From contig CM000433.1 in NCBI GenBank assembly GCA_000165345.1, positions 224,001-288,000 on the forward strand: a stretch of DNA of 64,000 nt, read 5' to 3'. This document shows, piece by piece, positions 20,398 to 31,035 of the stretch (its first letter is position 1; the number at the start of each line of letters is the position of its first letter). The notes beneath the pieces were generated by a model that saw only the letters and a program-made list of their open reading frames with translations, had not been told where the DNA came from and did not search any database. The position numbers and the translations under genes were made by a program.

Positions 20398-22713
20398 ATG
20401 TCGGATTTTCACTGTAATTCAGTGGACAGTGATATAATTTATGAGTATGAAAATATTTCGGTGAACCAAATGATTGGAGTTAGGAATGGGTTTCGAAGCC
20501 AGGATAATATACATCGAAGCGATGTAGAATTAAGTAAACAAGGTTACAATGGCTTAAAAGATGGGATAGTAAGTAATTCATCAGAAGTCAACGCATATAA
20601 CAGAAGTGTGAATCCCAATAGGCGTGGAGGCAAGTTGAAGCCAAGACATGTTCCTGATTTCGTATTAATATCGCCTGAAGATGTAGATAGATTACTCTCT
20701 ACAGTAACGACTTTAGATGAAAGAAAGACAATAATGAACAATTATGAGCTTGGGACTATTGTATTAAGAAGGCTATGCATAAGCGAAAGTAGCGAAATCA
20801 AAGCTTTTATGGACTCGATTCAAATGAGAACAACAGGAAAAGCATTAGAAAGCCATGAACGGAATATAATTTGCTTGACTTTTAGAGGGCAGCCTAAGAG
20901 GTGGGTGTTTTGTCCATGCAGAAGCTGTTTATTTAAAGGTAAGGCACATGATAAATTAATGGGCCATTTTAAAATTATGGAGCATGATACTCAGACAAAC
21001 AAATTTCAAATCTCTAAGAACGTTTATGATTCATATGGCGTTTTCATGGCTTCTTGTGGCTATTTTGCTGCCACGTTTTGCCCCCAACAAAATTATTCTT
21101 CGCATAAAGTATTTGTCGGCCCTACAATTTCAGATTTGAAAGGCAGGATTCATGATCGATATATATTATTCATCAATGACTCAAAAGTTATACAAATGGC
21201 ATGGAGAAGAAAACAGAATTATTCCTTTGAATGCGAGGAATTACTTAGTAATGTAATGTCCAAGTTGATAGTTTGTGGGAAATCAGGTCATGTACAGATG
21301 ATAAATCAGTTGAGTAAAGGATACTCTGGACTAATATCTCTTCCACTTAAATTACGTTTCCATTGCGAAAACTTAGAAAAACAGCCTAATTCGATTAGTT
21401 CGGTAAATGAATTTAGCAAAGGGGGAGTTGGCTTAGTCAATAAAAAGAACAAGAGAAAAATGAGCAAGAGGAATATGGAAGATTGGGATATTATAAATTC
21501 AGATAAATTTTTGAATGATGCAAATGAACTTCAGAATGCTTATAGCAAAGGTATGGATCAGAGTCTGACATCCAAATCTTATTCTTTTCCAAATTCTCCA
21601 ATAGTAAGGGTTCAAAATAACCAATATTATAATTCAGATAGCAATTCTTTAACTCCAAGATGTACAAAACAGTACATTTCAGAATCAGGGCATGATATTG
21701 ATGGTGAGACTCTAACTTCTAATAGATATGGCTGTATTGTTGGCGATGTATCTACTGCATCAGCAACACCTATTGCAGAAAGCGCAGATTGCATTATTAA
21801 CAAGCAGTTTAATAATTATAATTCAAAGATTTTGGATTGCATTCAAACAATAAATAAAAGCGGGTTATCATTAAACGATATGAGTAGAGGCATTTATGCA
21901 GGTAGCCCGTTGGATCCAAATTCCTTCATTTCAAAAGTTCCAATTCCATCTTCCTTCTTCAACAATATAGGCCAAAATAAGATTTTGATGAATAACATTG
22001 ACGCAAATAAGGCAGATAGATACGGGAATAAATCAAATAGCAAAAACTGGCTTGGATCATTAGAAAATGAAAATGAAAACCCAAATATAAAACAATTAAA
22101 AGAGAACTATTTGTATGGGGATTTTTCACAGGGTAATGGAATTTTTAGATCACATTTTCAACAGAATTTCATAAATGAAGGAGCTCACTTCAATTTTAAT
22201 CCTTTGGCATTTTCTTCTGATTCCGCAACCAACCCAATTCTACAAAATGAGACAATTGAAGAGGAATCCATAAACAAGCAAAATTTTAACGGTGGATTTA
22301 TAATAAATGGTATCGCTGCAAACCAATCAATCTCTTTATATAGGCAAGTTTTTTCTACGAATGAAATCACAACTCCAAATTCTACGCTTGAAATTTCATC
22401 ACCCATACAACAGATTCAACATTCATTTATTTCAGATGGAATGGGTCAAGAACAGAACAGCCAAATTAATATTATTCAACAAACGCAAAATATCGTTAAC
22501 CCTGGAACATATAGTGATGTATTTGGAGAAGATGTAACACAATGCGCTTCATGCGAGCATTGCTCAATTGGTGGGTATCCTTATTATTGCAATTGCTATA
22601 AAATGCCATCTGAATCAGCAGCTAGCTCTAATGTTATCGATGTTAATGATACTGCAGGAGTCTTTCAGTTGAATAATCAATTTATTCATGCTTCACATGA
22701 GGTGGATACATAG
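20398..22713 (+). CDS. paralog B of the head-to-head gene pair (same conserved domain as 17048..19159), 771 aa
   Basis: 'KPRHVPDF...GTIVLRRL...CLTFRGQPKRWVFCPCRSC...YFAATFCPQQNY' is colinear with paralog A. Asn/Ser/Gln-rich tail; a C-terminal Cys cluster 'CASCEHCSIGGYPYYCNCY'. ATG at 20398. Confidence 0.6.
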   Translation: MSDFHCNSVDSDIIYEYENISVNQMIGVRNGFRSQDNIHRSDVELSKQGYNGLKDGIVSNSSEVNAYNRSVNPNRRGGKLKPRHVPDFVLISPEDVDRLLSTVTTLDERKTIMNNYELGTIVLRRLCISESSEIKAFMDSIQMRTTGKALESHERNIICLTFRGQPKRWVFCPCRSCLFKGKAHDKLMGHFKIMEHDTQTNKFQISKNVYDSYGVFMASCGYFAATFCPQQNYSSHKVFVGPTISDLKGRIHDRYILFINDSKVIQMAWRRKQNYSFECEELLSNVMSKLIVCGKSGHVQMINQLSKGYSGLISLPLKLRFHCENLEKQPNSISSVNEFSKGGVGLVNKKNKRKMSKRNMEDWDIINSDKFLNDANELQNAYSKGMDQSLTSKSYSFPNSPIVRVQNNQYYNSDSNSLTPRCTKQYISESGHDIDGETLTSNRYGCIVGDVSTASATPIAESADCIINKQFNNYNSKILDCIQTINKSGLSLNDMSRGIYAGSPLDPNSFISKVPIPSSFFNNIGQNKILMNNIDANKADRYGNKSNSKNWLGSLENENENPNIKQLKENYLYGDFSQGNGIFRSHFQQNFINEGAHFNFNPLAFSSDSATNPILQNETIEEESINKQNFNGGFIINGIAANQSISLYRQVFSTNEITTPNSTLEISSPIQQIQHSFISDGMGQEQNSQINIIQQTQNIVNPGTYSDVFGEDVTQCASCEHCSIGGYPYYCNCYKMPSESAASSNVIDVNDTAGVFQLNNQFIHASHEVDT

Positions 22714-22792
22714 CCATTTTGTTTTTAATTTTATATTTGAAATAAATTGATCGGTTTTAAAATATTAATATTCCCATTAATAAATTATAATT

Positions 22793-24313
22793 TTAGGTTA
22801 TTTCTTTGTATTCGACATCTTCGAAAACTAATTCGTTAATAGGCTTTGGTCTCCAAACAGAATTCTGGTAAGTGGACGAATTAGGGTCGTTTGCATTTGA
22901 ATAATTTACGTTGCTTGGTAAAGTCCAAATATCTTTTTGCCTAGTTGTAATCTCAATAGATCCTCTTTTTTCACCTATTAAATCAGATGCGCTTCTCGTT
23001 TTTCTTAGTTGACCAGACGTATTCATAAAGTATTTTCCTGCGAGCTTTCCTGCATTTATCATAGTTAGAACGCCCATTGCAAGGGGGAGCTGAGTGTCAA
23101 GCATATTTCCTTTCATTCCGTCTAATTTTGGTACTTCTTCCGTTATCCCATCGTTATCAGTTACACTTTCGTCAACTGCCTTTTTAAATGCTAGAATTTC
23201 TCTGATTGACATCACGATTACGAATGATGTGGTAATAATAATTCCAAAGGAAAATATTATTGTCATTATGAATGTAAATCCTTCAAATTCGTGAAATTTA
23301 GTGAACCCTCCAAAAGTACTAAAAAGTGTCCAAAATACGTAATATGCAGGCACAACCAAAGTTGCATCTCCCATAGCTAGACCCAGATTAAGAAAATGCA
23401 TCTGAAGCCAAGTTGAAGTGGAGAAAAATATAAATGCGAGGTACGGTTGTATGTTATACATCCAATCTTTAGTATGCTGCAAAGCAAATTCACCCCAAGC
23501 AACCATTTCTTTTATTTCAAGGACACATTGGGCACCTATTAGGCCTGCCAAAAAACCATATAACATACTTATATATTTAGGATATTTAGGAAGATTAATT
23601 TTTATTTTTGCGTGATTATTCAAATTTAGTGAATTGTTTGGGGATACTTTCCCAGTTGGAATGATACCAAGCGAATCTTCGTCCAGAGATTTCAATATTG
23701 CCCTTCTTGTTTGAATTTCTTTTTGCTCATTGTATTTTGCCTCTTCATTATTGATTACGATCAAGACAGCCAATGCACAAATAAAACAAAAAATTATATA
23801 AATTAAATAATACGGATCTGACCAAGATTCAATCCCTGAATATTTAGTCGTTGGGGCTTCGGTCGGAATAACTGATGCAATTGCACATAGACAAATTCCA
23901 AAAATGACCCCTACTGTGGAAATCAATTCAAAAATTCCAAACTGTTCATCAAGCAGAGTTGCTGCAGCGAATGCATTAGCAACTAAACCAAAACTATTCA
24001 TTGGCGCTAAAATTGAGGCTGGCGCAAACCCGAGTGCAATAATATGAATAATTGCCCCAAAAGCGTATGAAATAACACCTATCCACCATGTAACTTCATT
24101 ATAAGCCATACTATAAACGTTAGTTTGAGAATCGTTGATACATTTTTGCTGTTGGATGTGTAGACCTTTCTTCATATACGCATTTCCAAATGCCATAAAG
24201 CAAGATCCCACAATAGTAAGCACAATTCCAATCGTCAAACTAAGCACTGGAAAGTTTGTGATTAGCATAAAAAAATAACTCTCCTCCATATTTTCATCTT
24301 TGAAGAGGGACAT
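22793..24313 (-). CDS. NIPA-like Mg2+ transporter (DUF803 / DMT superfamily), multi-pass membrane protein, 506 aa
   Basis: About 9 hydrophobic segments. 'VISYAFGAIIHIIALGFAPASILAPMNSFGLVANAFAAATLLDEQFGIFELISTVGVIFGI' matches the NIPA family core. Confidence 0.6.
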   Translation of the reverse strand: MSLFKDENMEESYFFMLITNFPVLSLTIGIVLTIVGSCFMAFGNAYMKKGLHIQQQKCINDSQTNVYSMAYNEVTWWIGVISYAFGAIIHIIALGFAPASILAPMNSFGLVANAFAAATLLDEQFGIFELISTVGVIFGICLCAIASVIPTEAPTTKYSGIESWSDPYYLIYIIFCFICALAVLIVINNEEAKYNEQKEIQTRRAILKSLDEDSLGIIPTGKVSPNNSLNLNNHAKIKINLPKYPKYISMLYGFLAGLIGAQCVLEIKEMVAWGEFALQHTKDWMYNIQPYLAFIFFSTSTWLQMHFLNLGLAMGDATLVVPAYYVFWTLFSTFGGFTKFHEFEGFTFIMTIIFSFGIIITTSFVIVMSIREILAFKKAVDESVTDNDGITEEVPKLDGMKGNMLDTQLPLAMGVLTMINAGKLAGKYFMNTSGQLRKTRSASDLIGEKRGSIEITTRQKDIWTLPSNVNYSNANDPNSSTYQNSVWRPKPINELVFEDVEYKEIT

Positions 24314-24448
24314 TTGAATGTTAAGCTATAAAATACATTAAAAAAACGGGGGAATATGAACAAATCAAGATATATATAAAAAAAATAATTATTTTGTGTG
24401 AAAATACAAGTTAGACAGGACGGTCATAGCTCAAGATTTTCTTTTAGA

Positions 24449-25877
24449 TCACCTCTGACGATAATTGCTTTTAAGAGTAATGTAGCTTATTTTCATATTT
24501 GAATGGTATTCGGTGTGAGTATCTGCAACCTTTTTAATGATTTCCTGTATTTCCTCAAAGTATTTATTTTTCTTCTTAACCTTCATTGCATCAAGGAAAG
24601 GCTTGATTTGCATCCTGCCTCCTGCAAGGCTAAGTTTACGAATAACTTCTGCCTCAAGACTCCTTGAAAAACCATTAATTGAAGAGGATAATGCTGTTGG
24701 AGACTTTACTGTCTTTTTTTGTATTTCAAATTGTATATTCGTATTAACTGTAACCGGAGCGGAACTACTAATATTACTTTTACTTTCAACGTCGTCATCA
24801 ATCTCATCAGAATACAGATTCAGTTCTTCATCAGCTTCCATATCTTGTTGATTAGCTATCATTGTCTTAAGAGTTTGTCCATATTCTGTTAAAATTCCAT
24901 CTGGGCCTTCATCGTCTTCTGAATTAGAGTAATCATTTCCATTAACTAAATTTGGGTTGTGCTCTTCCTCGAACTTTTCATCCATTTCATTTTTTTCTAT
25001 ATAACCTTCATCATCACTCATTTTTCCGTCTCCATCATAGTCCCAGTAATCACCACTCTTTAACGTAGTTAATGAAAGAGCAGATACAACGATACGCGAG
25101 TCATCTGAATTCTCTTTGTTTAGCATCGCAGAAATTTTTCTTTTTTTTTCTTGTCGTTTAAGACCAAAATCTTTATCGTAGATATCATCCAATATTCCTC
25201 TCATTACTCCAGGAATTACATTATTTTCGCAAGAGCTATTAAAAATGCCTAGATTTTTATTTGTATCGCTTTCAGGTGTTTGATCGTCTTCAGCATCATT
25301 TTCAAGTTTAGTTCTCATTTTATTAGACGATTCTTGTATACGAGCGGTCACAGCAGCCTCTCTAGAAATGTAGTCACGCTTTAAATTTTCTGCAACATCT
25401 GAATTACTTTCGTTCTTTCCCTTAATGCTAGGGTCAAATACAAATAGTCCATCCAAAAATTTAAATTCATAGTGGGTTCCTTTGTCAATTATAGCTGCAT
25501 AATTGGAATTTTTTTGTGATAACTGCCTTCCTATACAATGTTTTGAATTGCTATCTCTAATCCTTATATTTATCTGGTTTGGATCAGCTGTATTATTGGG
25601 GGAAATAGAGGGTTCATATTTTACGCTTAAAGAATCAATATCCTGAAACATATAGGCATGAAACTTAGGATGATTTGAAATAACTTACTCTTACAGGAGT
25701 CACATAATCGACAAAAACAGCACCTACCATACTTTGGGCATGAGTAGGTACGCTAAATCTTCCAAAAAAGCAGCTTCCTGGTTTATCTGCATTCAAAATA
25801 AGCTGCTTTTCATTTCCAAAATCGCCTTCATCAAAATATTCAGCAATTTCATCTGTTGTACAACTTGAGGAATTCAT
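24449..25877 (-). CDS. 2-exon gene; possible TFIIF alpha (RAP74/Tfg1)-like protein with acidic middle and C-terminal winged helix
   Basis: The track splits this into 25665..25877 and 24449..25651. Minus-strand 'CCT|GTAAGAGTAAGT...TTTCAG|GAT' joins '...VDYVTP' to 'DIDSLSVKYEP...' in frame. The intron is about 46-52 nt with two possible donors. The acidic D/E/S-rich centre and the C-terminus 'LEAEVIRKLSLAGGRMQIKPFLDAMKVKKKNKYFEEIQEIIKKV' resemble the RAP74 winged helix. Confidence 0.45.
25643..25694 (-). other. spliceosomal intron (~46-52 nt) of gene 24449..25877
   Basis: GTAAGA/GTAAGT donor and TTTCAG acceptor on the minus strand. Coordinates may be off by 1 nt. Confidence 0.5.
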
Positions 25878-25965
25878 TTAGTGTAATATTTGCTCACAGA
25901 TAAATGGTAATCGAAAAAGAAGGGGCGGCAATATTTTTTGAAATGAGTATGAAATGTCTATAACA

Positions 25966-26613
25966 CTATGAAACCAAAGAATCAAAATCAAAATTTTCAT
26001 CTAACCTTCGGCCCTTTTGGTTTATTAGACTGCCTTGCTTTTGAATATTATTATATTTGCCAACAGTACTAGGCATTGAGTTGAACTTTATTGTCTGAAC
26101 ATTTCCAGTAGATTGAGTATCTACCTTTTCAGGGTTTGCTGTATAGTTATCTCTATCAATGAGTACAAACTCATTTGGATTTTTAGGACTTAAGTTGTCA
26201 AATTCAGAGATCTCTGAATCTAGTATCTGCTTGTATTGTCTCCCACATATGGAACTGGCGTACTCTTTAGTTTTTGGAGAAAAATTAACTCCTAAAACTT
26301 GTTTGAAATAATTTCTTGCTCGACCATTTCCACCAATATCCATCCTCACCAGCTGAATTGGAGTAAATTTATCAAGATCAGATGACCTTACAAAACTAAT
26401 ATGTACTCCCATCTTCCTATGATCAGAGGAACAATTTAGGCAAATGAATACAGCAAATGATAATGAAAGCCATGTGGGATTCCTAGATTCGCAATCAAAG
26501 CAAGTTCGATTTTCCGGCCTATTTCTCACAATTTGGAAGAAATTATCTCTGAGTTTATCGGAAACAAACCCTTTTTCGTCTACATCAGCATTAATTAAAT
26601 TTGAAATATTCAT
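25966..26613 (-). CDS. ArfGAP-domain protein (ARF GTPase-activating protein), 215 aa
   Basis: C4 zinc finger 'CFDCESRNPTWLSLSFAVFICLNCSSDHRKMGVHISFVRSSDLDKFTPIQLVRMDIGGNGRARNYF' is a canonical ArfGAP motif. Confidence 0.85.
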   Translation of the reverse strand: MNISNLINADVDEKGFVSDKLRDNFFQIVRNRPENRTCFDCESRNPTWLSLSFAVFICLNCSSDHRKMGVHISFVRSSDLDKFTPIQLVRMDIGGNGRARNYFKQVLGVNFSPKTKEYASSICGRQYKQILDSEISEFDNLSPKNPNEFVLIDRDNYTANPEKVDTQSTGNVQTIKFNSMPSTVGKYNNIQKQGSLINQKGRRLDENFDFDSLVS

Positions 26614-26650
26614 ATTTTGTTAATGTTCAGTTCTACCGCGCAAGAATTCT

Positions 26651-28543
26651 TTACTTCGGAAATTTCTTATTGGTAATTCTCCTCATAATATTCTTCAAAT
26701 TGTTCCATGCGGCTTGGTTTCTAATAAGTTGTGGGTTCTTAAGACAGCTTGTATGTATTGCAATAATGTATAGTTGTGATATGTTTAGCTCCTTTTGTCT
26801 GCATAAATGCATAACTTTCATCCTTAATGACACACTATAAAATTCTTGCTTTGTTTGGATGAAATTATATGTGAACAAACCTACTGATCTTTGTATATAT
26901 GTTGCGTAACGACCAATAGTAACAACCCATGACATTGCAGATTCTAATGAACTGGCAATGAAATCCGAACAAAACGTATCATATCCATCAAGAATTCGAA
27001 TGCTAAAAAACAGCCACGGGGAATTTATTACTTCATTCTTATCTTCTTCTGCTTCACTTTTTGTCTGGCGTTTAAACAGCTCGTGAAAGAAGCCTTTAGG
27101 CTGATTAATTCTTCGAAATGAGTTAGAGTTATTTCCATAATCAATACCTATCACTTTTTCCAAAGGTATGGTTTTCACAACGTTGCTTGAAGTTGTGTAT
27201 TCAAATGTTGTGCCAACAATTCTGCAATAACACTTTAAAGTATTACCATGACTACCTTGTAATTTATGTAAAATTGAGCCATTTCTAACTTCAAATGTTA
27301 AACTAGGTTCAAGAGCGTTACCTGGCCGACCAACACTATTAAATAGCAATCTTTTAAGATTAATAATCTTTTCTTTAGAATTTGTCAGTTGTGTTTTTAA
27401 GCTATTCACAAGCATATATGAGTCTTGAATTCTTCGATTTTCATTTGCAATTATATCGTTTTTAAAATGAGAAATTATACTCGAAAACTTTTGAATACTG
27501 TTCTCAATTCCAACAATATCCTTTCGAATATTTGAAATTTCCTCAGTGAGGTCTCCTGTATTTTTTGACAAATCCTCAGTAATTTCTGTAATTACTTCAT
27601 TTCTTTTTATTAATAGCGTTTCAAGATATGCTGCCATTTTGTCGACCATTTCTTTCGACCGTGATAAAGGTTCATAAATTTTCAATTCTCTCTTCATTTG
27701 ATCTCTTTCTTTTTTCAGATCCTGATTATTCTTCATAAAGTCAGATAGTTTTTCTTCAACATCAGTTTTTTCTCTGCTTATTTTGTCAATGTTTTTGTCC
27801 TTTTCTTTATTTTCATTTTCAAGTAGTTCAAACCTTTTTTCAAGTTCCTTAAAAAAATTAAATGAGTCGGAAACTAATATATTTTAACTTACTTCAAATT
27901 CCGTCTTTTTTGCCTCGAGTTCATCTTTCACATTAGAGAATTCAACATTTCGCTTACCGAGAATTATTTGAAATTGTTTCTGAGTTTGATAAAGCTCTTC
28001 TTGAGCTTTATTCCCCACAGCAAGTAGACTTTGGGTACCATTATGAAGCTCTTGTAGTTTTTGATATTCATTTATTTTGTTTTTTAGCCCTTCTCTAAAT
28101 GATTCTTTTTGCTCGATGGCCTCTTCAAATCTTAGAACAAGTTGATTATACCTCTTTTTGAGTTCATTGCACGACTCTTCAATATTCTGTTTTTCAATAA
28201 GCACTAACGTGTATTGATCTTCAAGGGAATTACTTTTGTTGTTTTTTTGATTCGTAAAATTAAATTTATTTTCTAGATGTTCATTTGCTTTTTTTTGTTC
28301 GCCCTTTAAACGCCCATTAAATGGAATATTTTTTGGGGAATTATCATGGTACTTATTGTGCCTGGAGTTGGTATTAATCAATTTGTCTGTTGGATTGTTT
28401 GCTCTTCGGTTGATATTTGTAACTAAATTAGTCAAATTTTCATTCCACTCTTTTATTTTTTCCTTTTCATTCCTAAGACGTTGAACATTTACATTCTTAT
28501 TATCTGCGCTGACTCTTTTGTTTATAAACAGATTTGTGTGCAT
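26651..28543 (-). CDS. 2-exon coiled-coil protein (~615 aa) with C-terminal PH-like domain
   Basis: Track ORFs 27884..28543 and 26651..27736 are one gene. Minus-strand 'TTTGAA|GTAAGTTAAAATATATTAGTTTCCGACTCATTTAATTTTTTTAAG|GAACTTGAA' (intron 27848..27892, 45 nt) joins '...KKTEFE' to 'ELEKRFELLENENKEKDKNIDKISREKTDVEEKLSDFMKNNQDL...' in frame. Exons 28543..27893 and 27847..26651. Confidence 0.65.
27848..27892 (-). other. spliceosomal intron (45 nt, GTAAGT...AAG) of the coiled-coil gene
   Basis: See the gene model above. The frame is continuous across the junction. Confidence 0.65.
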
Positions 28544-28747
28544 TTAAAATAATTTGTCAATCTTATTATTAGTTAAAAAAAAAAAAATCATTTAGGTAAA
28601 CAAAAGAAAAATCTAATAATGACATTGCACATCTCCACATACTACGCGCCAAATTTTGGAGTTATTGAATAATAAATGAAAACTAATAATATATAAATTA
28701 GTATATTCTTTATTTTACGAGTAATTGATTTATATTCACGCAAATCT

Positions 28748-29509
28748 ATGAATATACTAACATTATCTCTGATTATGTCTAAAGCCTCAGAGGATGAAAA
28801 GATTATTAAAAAAAAAATTACTAAGAAGTTAGCTTTGCAATCAAATAAGTCAAATAGGCTTCAGTTATGTACTTATTTTATTAAAGGAAGGTGTAAAAAT
28901 GGAAGTTCTTGTCAATTCAAACATTCAGCTATTCCCATTACGAAGAAGAAGCTTTGCTGGTATTTTATATCGGGAAAATGTTCAAAAAGCGACTGCCAGT
29001 ATAGTCATGAAATATCGAAGTTTCCATGTAGATACTTAAATACTGTTGGGTTTTGTAGGAATCTTAAAGACTGCCGCTTTAGTCACGAACTAATAAAGAC
29101 CGAGCAACAAAGAGAAGAGTTTGTCAGAGAAAATAAGGATTATTTGCTCCTTCCTCACAAAGATGGCGGACCGAGTGAAATTCATGTAAACCATATGTGG
29201 TGGGTACCTTTATTAAAAAAGATTATCAAAGAAGATGAAGAAATAGCAGCTAAACGTTCGTTCATTAAAAGACTTTATAACGAATCAGAGACTTCCGTTC
29301 CAAAGGGGATTTGTAGTTCAATTGAACCCAGGTTTGCTATAAATATAAGTAATCGTTCTGAAAATATTTGTCTAACAGATACTACCTCTGAGTATAGTTC
29401 AAAAGAGTATAATTCTAATACTTCTAATTCATTTAATCGAATTTTCGAGAGAAAGGAATTTAATATTAAAAAACTATACTCGAATTTGTTTGGTAACTCA
29501 AATAACTGA
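28748..29509 (+). CDS. CCCH-type zinc-finger protein (three C-x7-8-C-x5-C-x3-H fingers), 253 aa
   Basis: 'CTYFIKGRCKNGSSCQFKH', 'CWYFISGKCSKSDCQYSH', 'CRYLNTVGFCRNLKDCRFSH'. Confidence 0.75.
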   Translation: MNILTLSLIMSKASEDEKIIKKKITKKLALQSNKSNRLQLCTYFIKGRCKNGSSCQFKHSAIPITKKKLCWYFISGKCSKSDCQYSHEISKFPCRYLNTVGFCRNLKDCRFSHELIKTEQQREEFVRENKDYLLLPHKDGGPSEIHVNHMWWVPLLKKIIKEDEEIAAKRSFIKRLYNESETSVPKGICSSIEPRFAINISNRSENICLTDTTSEYSSKEYNSNTSNSFNRIFERKEFNIKKLYSNLFGNSNN

Positions 29510-29703
29510 TAACTTATTACTATATTTACTACCTTTGAGAACGCATTATTGCGATTTTTTTCGAAAATAAAAGATTAACTTTTTTATTATCGTACCTATA
29601 AGCATCTTAAAAAAACATTACCGCCGAATTATTACAGTTATTTTTTAAGTTGAATGAATAATTGAATATCTTTATTCGAATTATAGAATAATAATTATAT
29701 TTT

Positions 29704-31035
29704 ATGTCATTGCATACTCTACTCGAAAATATTTCATTTGTTTTCAAAATTTATGCCGGCCTATCAGCATTCTCAGTACTTTGGTTTACATACTCATACA
29801 ATGTTTATATTAAACGCAGTCCAAATAAGTTGAAAAATATTAACCAATCAAAATTTAGTTTCTGCGAAAGATTAGACCATGAAAATATTTCTTTATTGTA
29901 TTCCGTACTTGGTTCAATTCTTTATTGCCCACTCCGAATATTTGTATTATGTCTTACAACAATTGTAGTAATAACGATTTTACTCGCTTTAAAGCTAATT
30001 GGAAGTATATTTCCTTGGATGAATGAAGCTCATTTATACAATTACATTCATATACTAATTGTTAAATTTGTAGGGTTTTTTACGCTTCGACTTCTGGGCG
30101 TCCTAGAAGTGGATCATTTTGTACTAGAAAAGAATGGCATTGATGATTCTGGGAAAATAAAATACAGTTATCAAAAATCAGACGGCTTACCTGCAATTGA
30201 TGATATTGTAACCATTGTTTCTAATCATATTTCAATTTTAGATATTTCCTTTTTTATGAGATATGTTTCATGCGGATTTGTTGCTCAAAAAGAAATTCGT
30301 GAAAATTATATTTTTGGGACTGTTGCAGACATTATAGGATGTATCTATGTTGATAGAAGCTGTATGGAAACTAGGTCGAAAGCAAAGCATTTAATTCAAG
30401 ATAGGCAACTTCGAAGATTTGAATTAGTTCAATCTAGAGCATCCGAAACTATTATTTGTTCAGAAAAAGCCAAAGACTCCAAATGTTTATTATTTAGGAG
30501 TGAAATAAACAAACATCTTAATTCTCTAGAAAAAACCCCACTTGTGATATTCCCTGAAGGAACAACAACAAATGGCAGTAGCATTATTCCCTTTAAGCTA
30601 GGCGCATTTGAATCCCTCACACCAGTAACACCAGTTGTTCTTCTATACAAATATTCTGCATTCTCGCCGGCATTTGACATTATCCCATTTTGGGTACTTA
30701 TATGTTTACTTTTTTGCAACTACGGCAAAATAACACTATCTGCATATTGGCTGCCGCAAATGCATGCAATCGAGCTGAATAATAAGGAAATTTCAACTAA
30801 AGAATTTGCCGATCGAGTAAGGAAACTTATGATTGAGGTACTTCGCGAAGCTGAGGAATTTAAAAGTGAAGGCTACCTATGGGTTTCCCAGAAAAAAAAC
30901 TCTCATATAGATACAAAGAAGAACTTCAGAAAAAGGTTTGAAATATCTACTAGTAAAAATTTGGATAGTAGCAACTTAACTACGACTGGTTCACTTAGGT
31001 TGAAGCAAGAGTATATTCGGATGCTCAATAATTAA
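29704..31035 (+). CDS. lysophospholipid / glycerol-3-phosphate acyltransferase family protein (PlsC/LPCAT-like), membrane-anchored, 443 aa
   Basis: N-terminal TM helices. Acyltransferase motif I 'SNHISILD' (H-x4-D) and motif III 'FPEGTTTNG'. Confidence 0.8.
   Translation: MSLHTLLENISFVFKIYAGLSAFSVLWFTYSYNVYIKRSPNKLKNINQSKFSFCERLDHENISLLYSVLGSILYCPLRIFVLCLTTIVVITILLALKLIGSIFPWMNEAHLYNYIHILIVKFVGFFTLRLLGVLEVDHFVLEKNGIDDSGKIKYSYQKSDGLPAIDDIVTIVSNHISILDISFFMRYVSCGFVAQKEIRENYIFGTVADIIGCIYVDRSCMETRSKAKHLIQDRQLRRFELVQSRASETIICSEKAKDSKCLLFRSEINKHLNSLEKTPLVIFPEGTTTNGSSIIPFKLGAFESLTPVTPVVLLYKYSAFSPAFDIIPFWVLICLLFCNYGKITLSAYWLPQMHAIELNNKEISTKEFADRVRKLMIEVLREAEEFKSEGYLWVSQKKNSHIDTKKNFRKRFEISTSKNLDSSNLTTTGSLRLKQEYIRMLNN

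Noticed and set aside
25640-25700. Apparent 1-nt disagreement between my position counting and the track coordinates for the intron of gene 24449..25877.
   Set aside because: I could not locate the source and it is probably a counting slip. Feature ends are given to track coordinates, and the intron ends are flagged as +/-1 nt.
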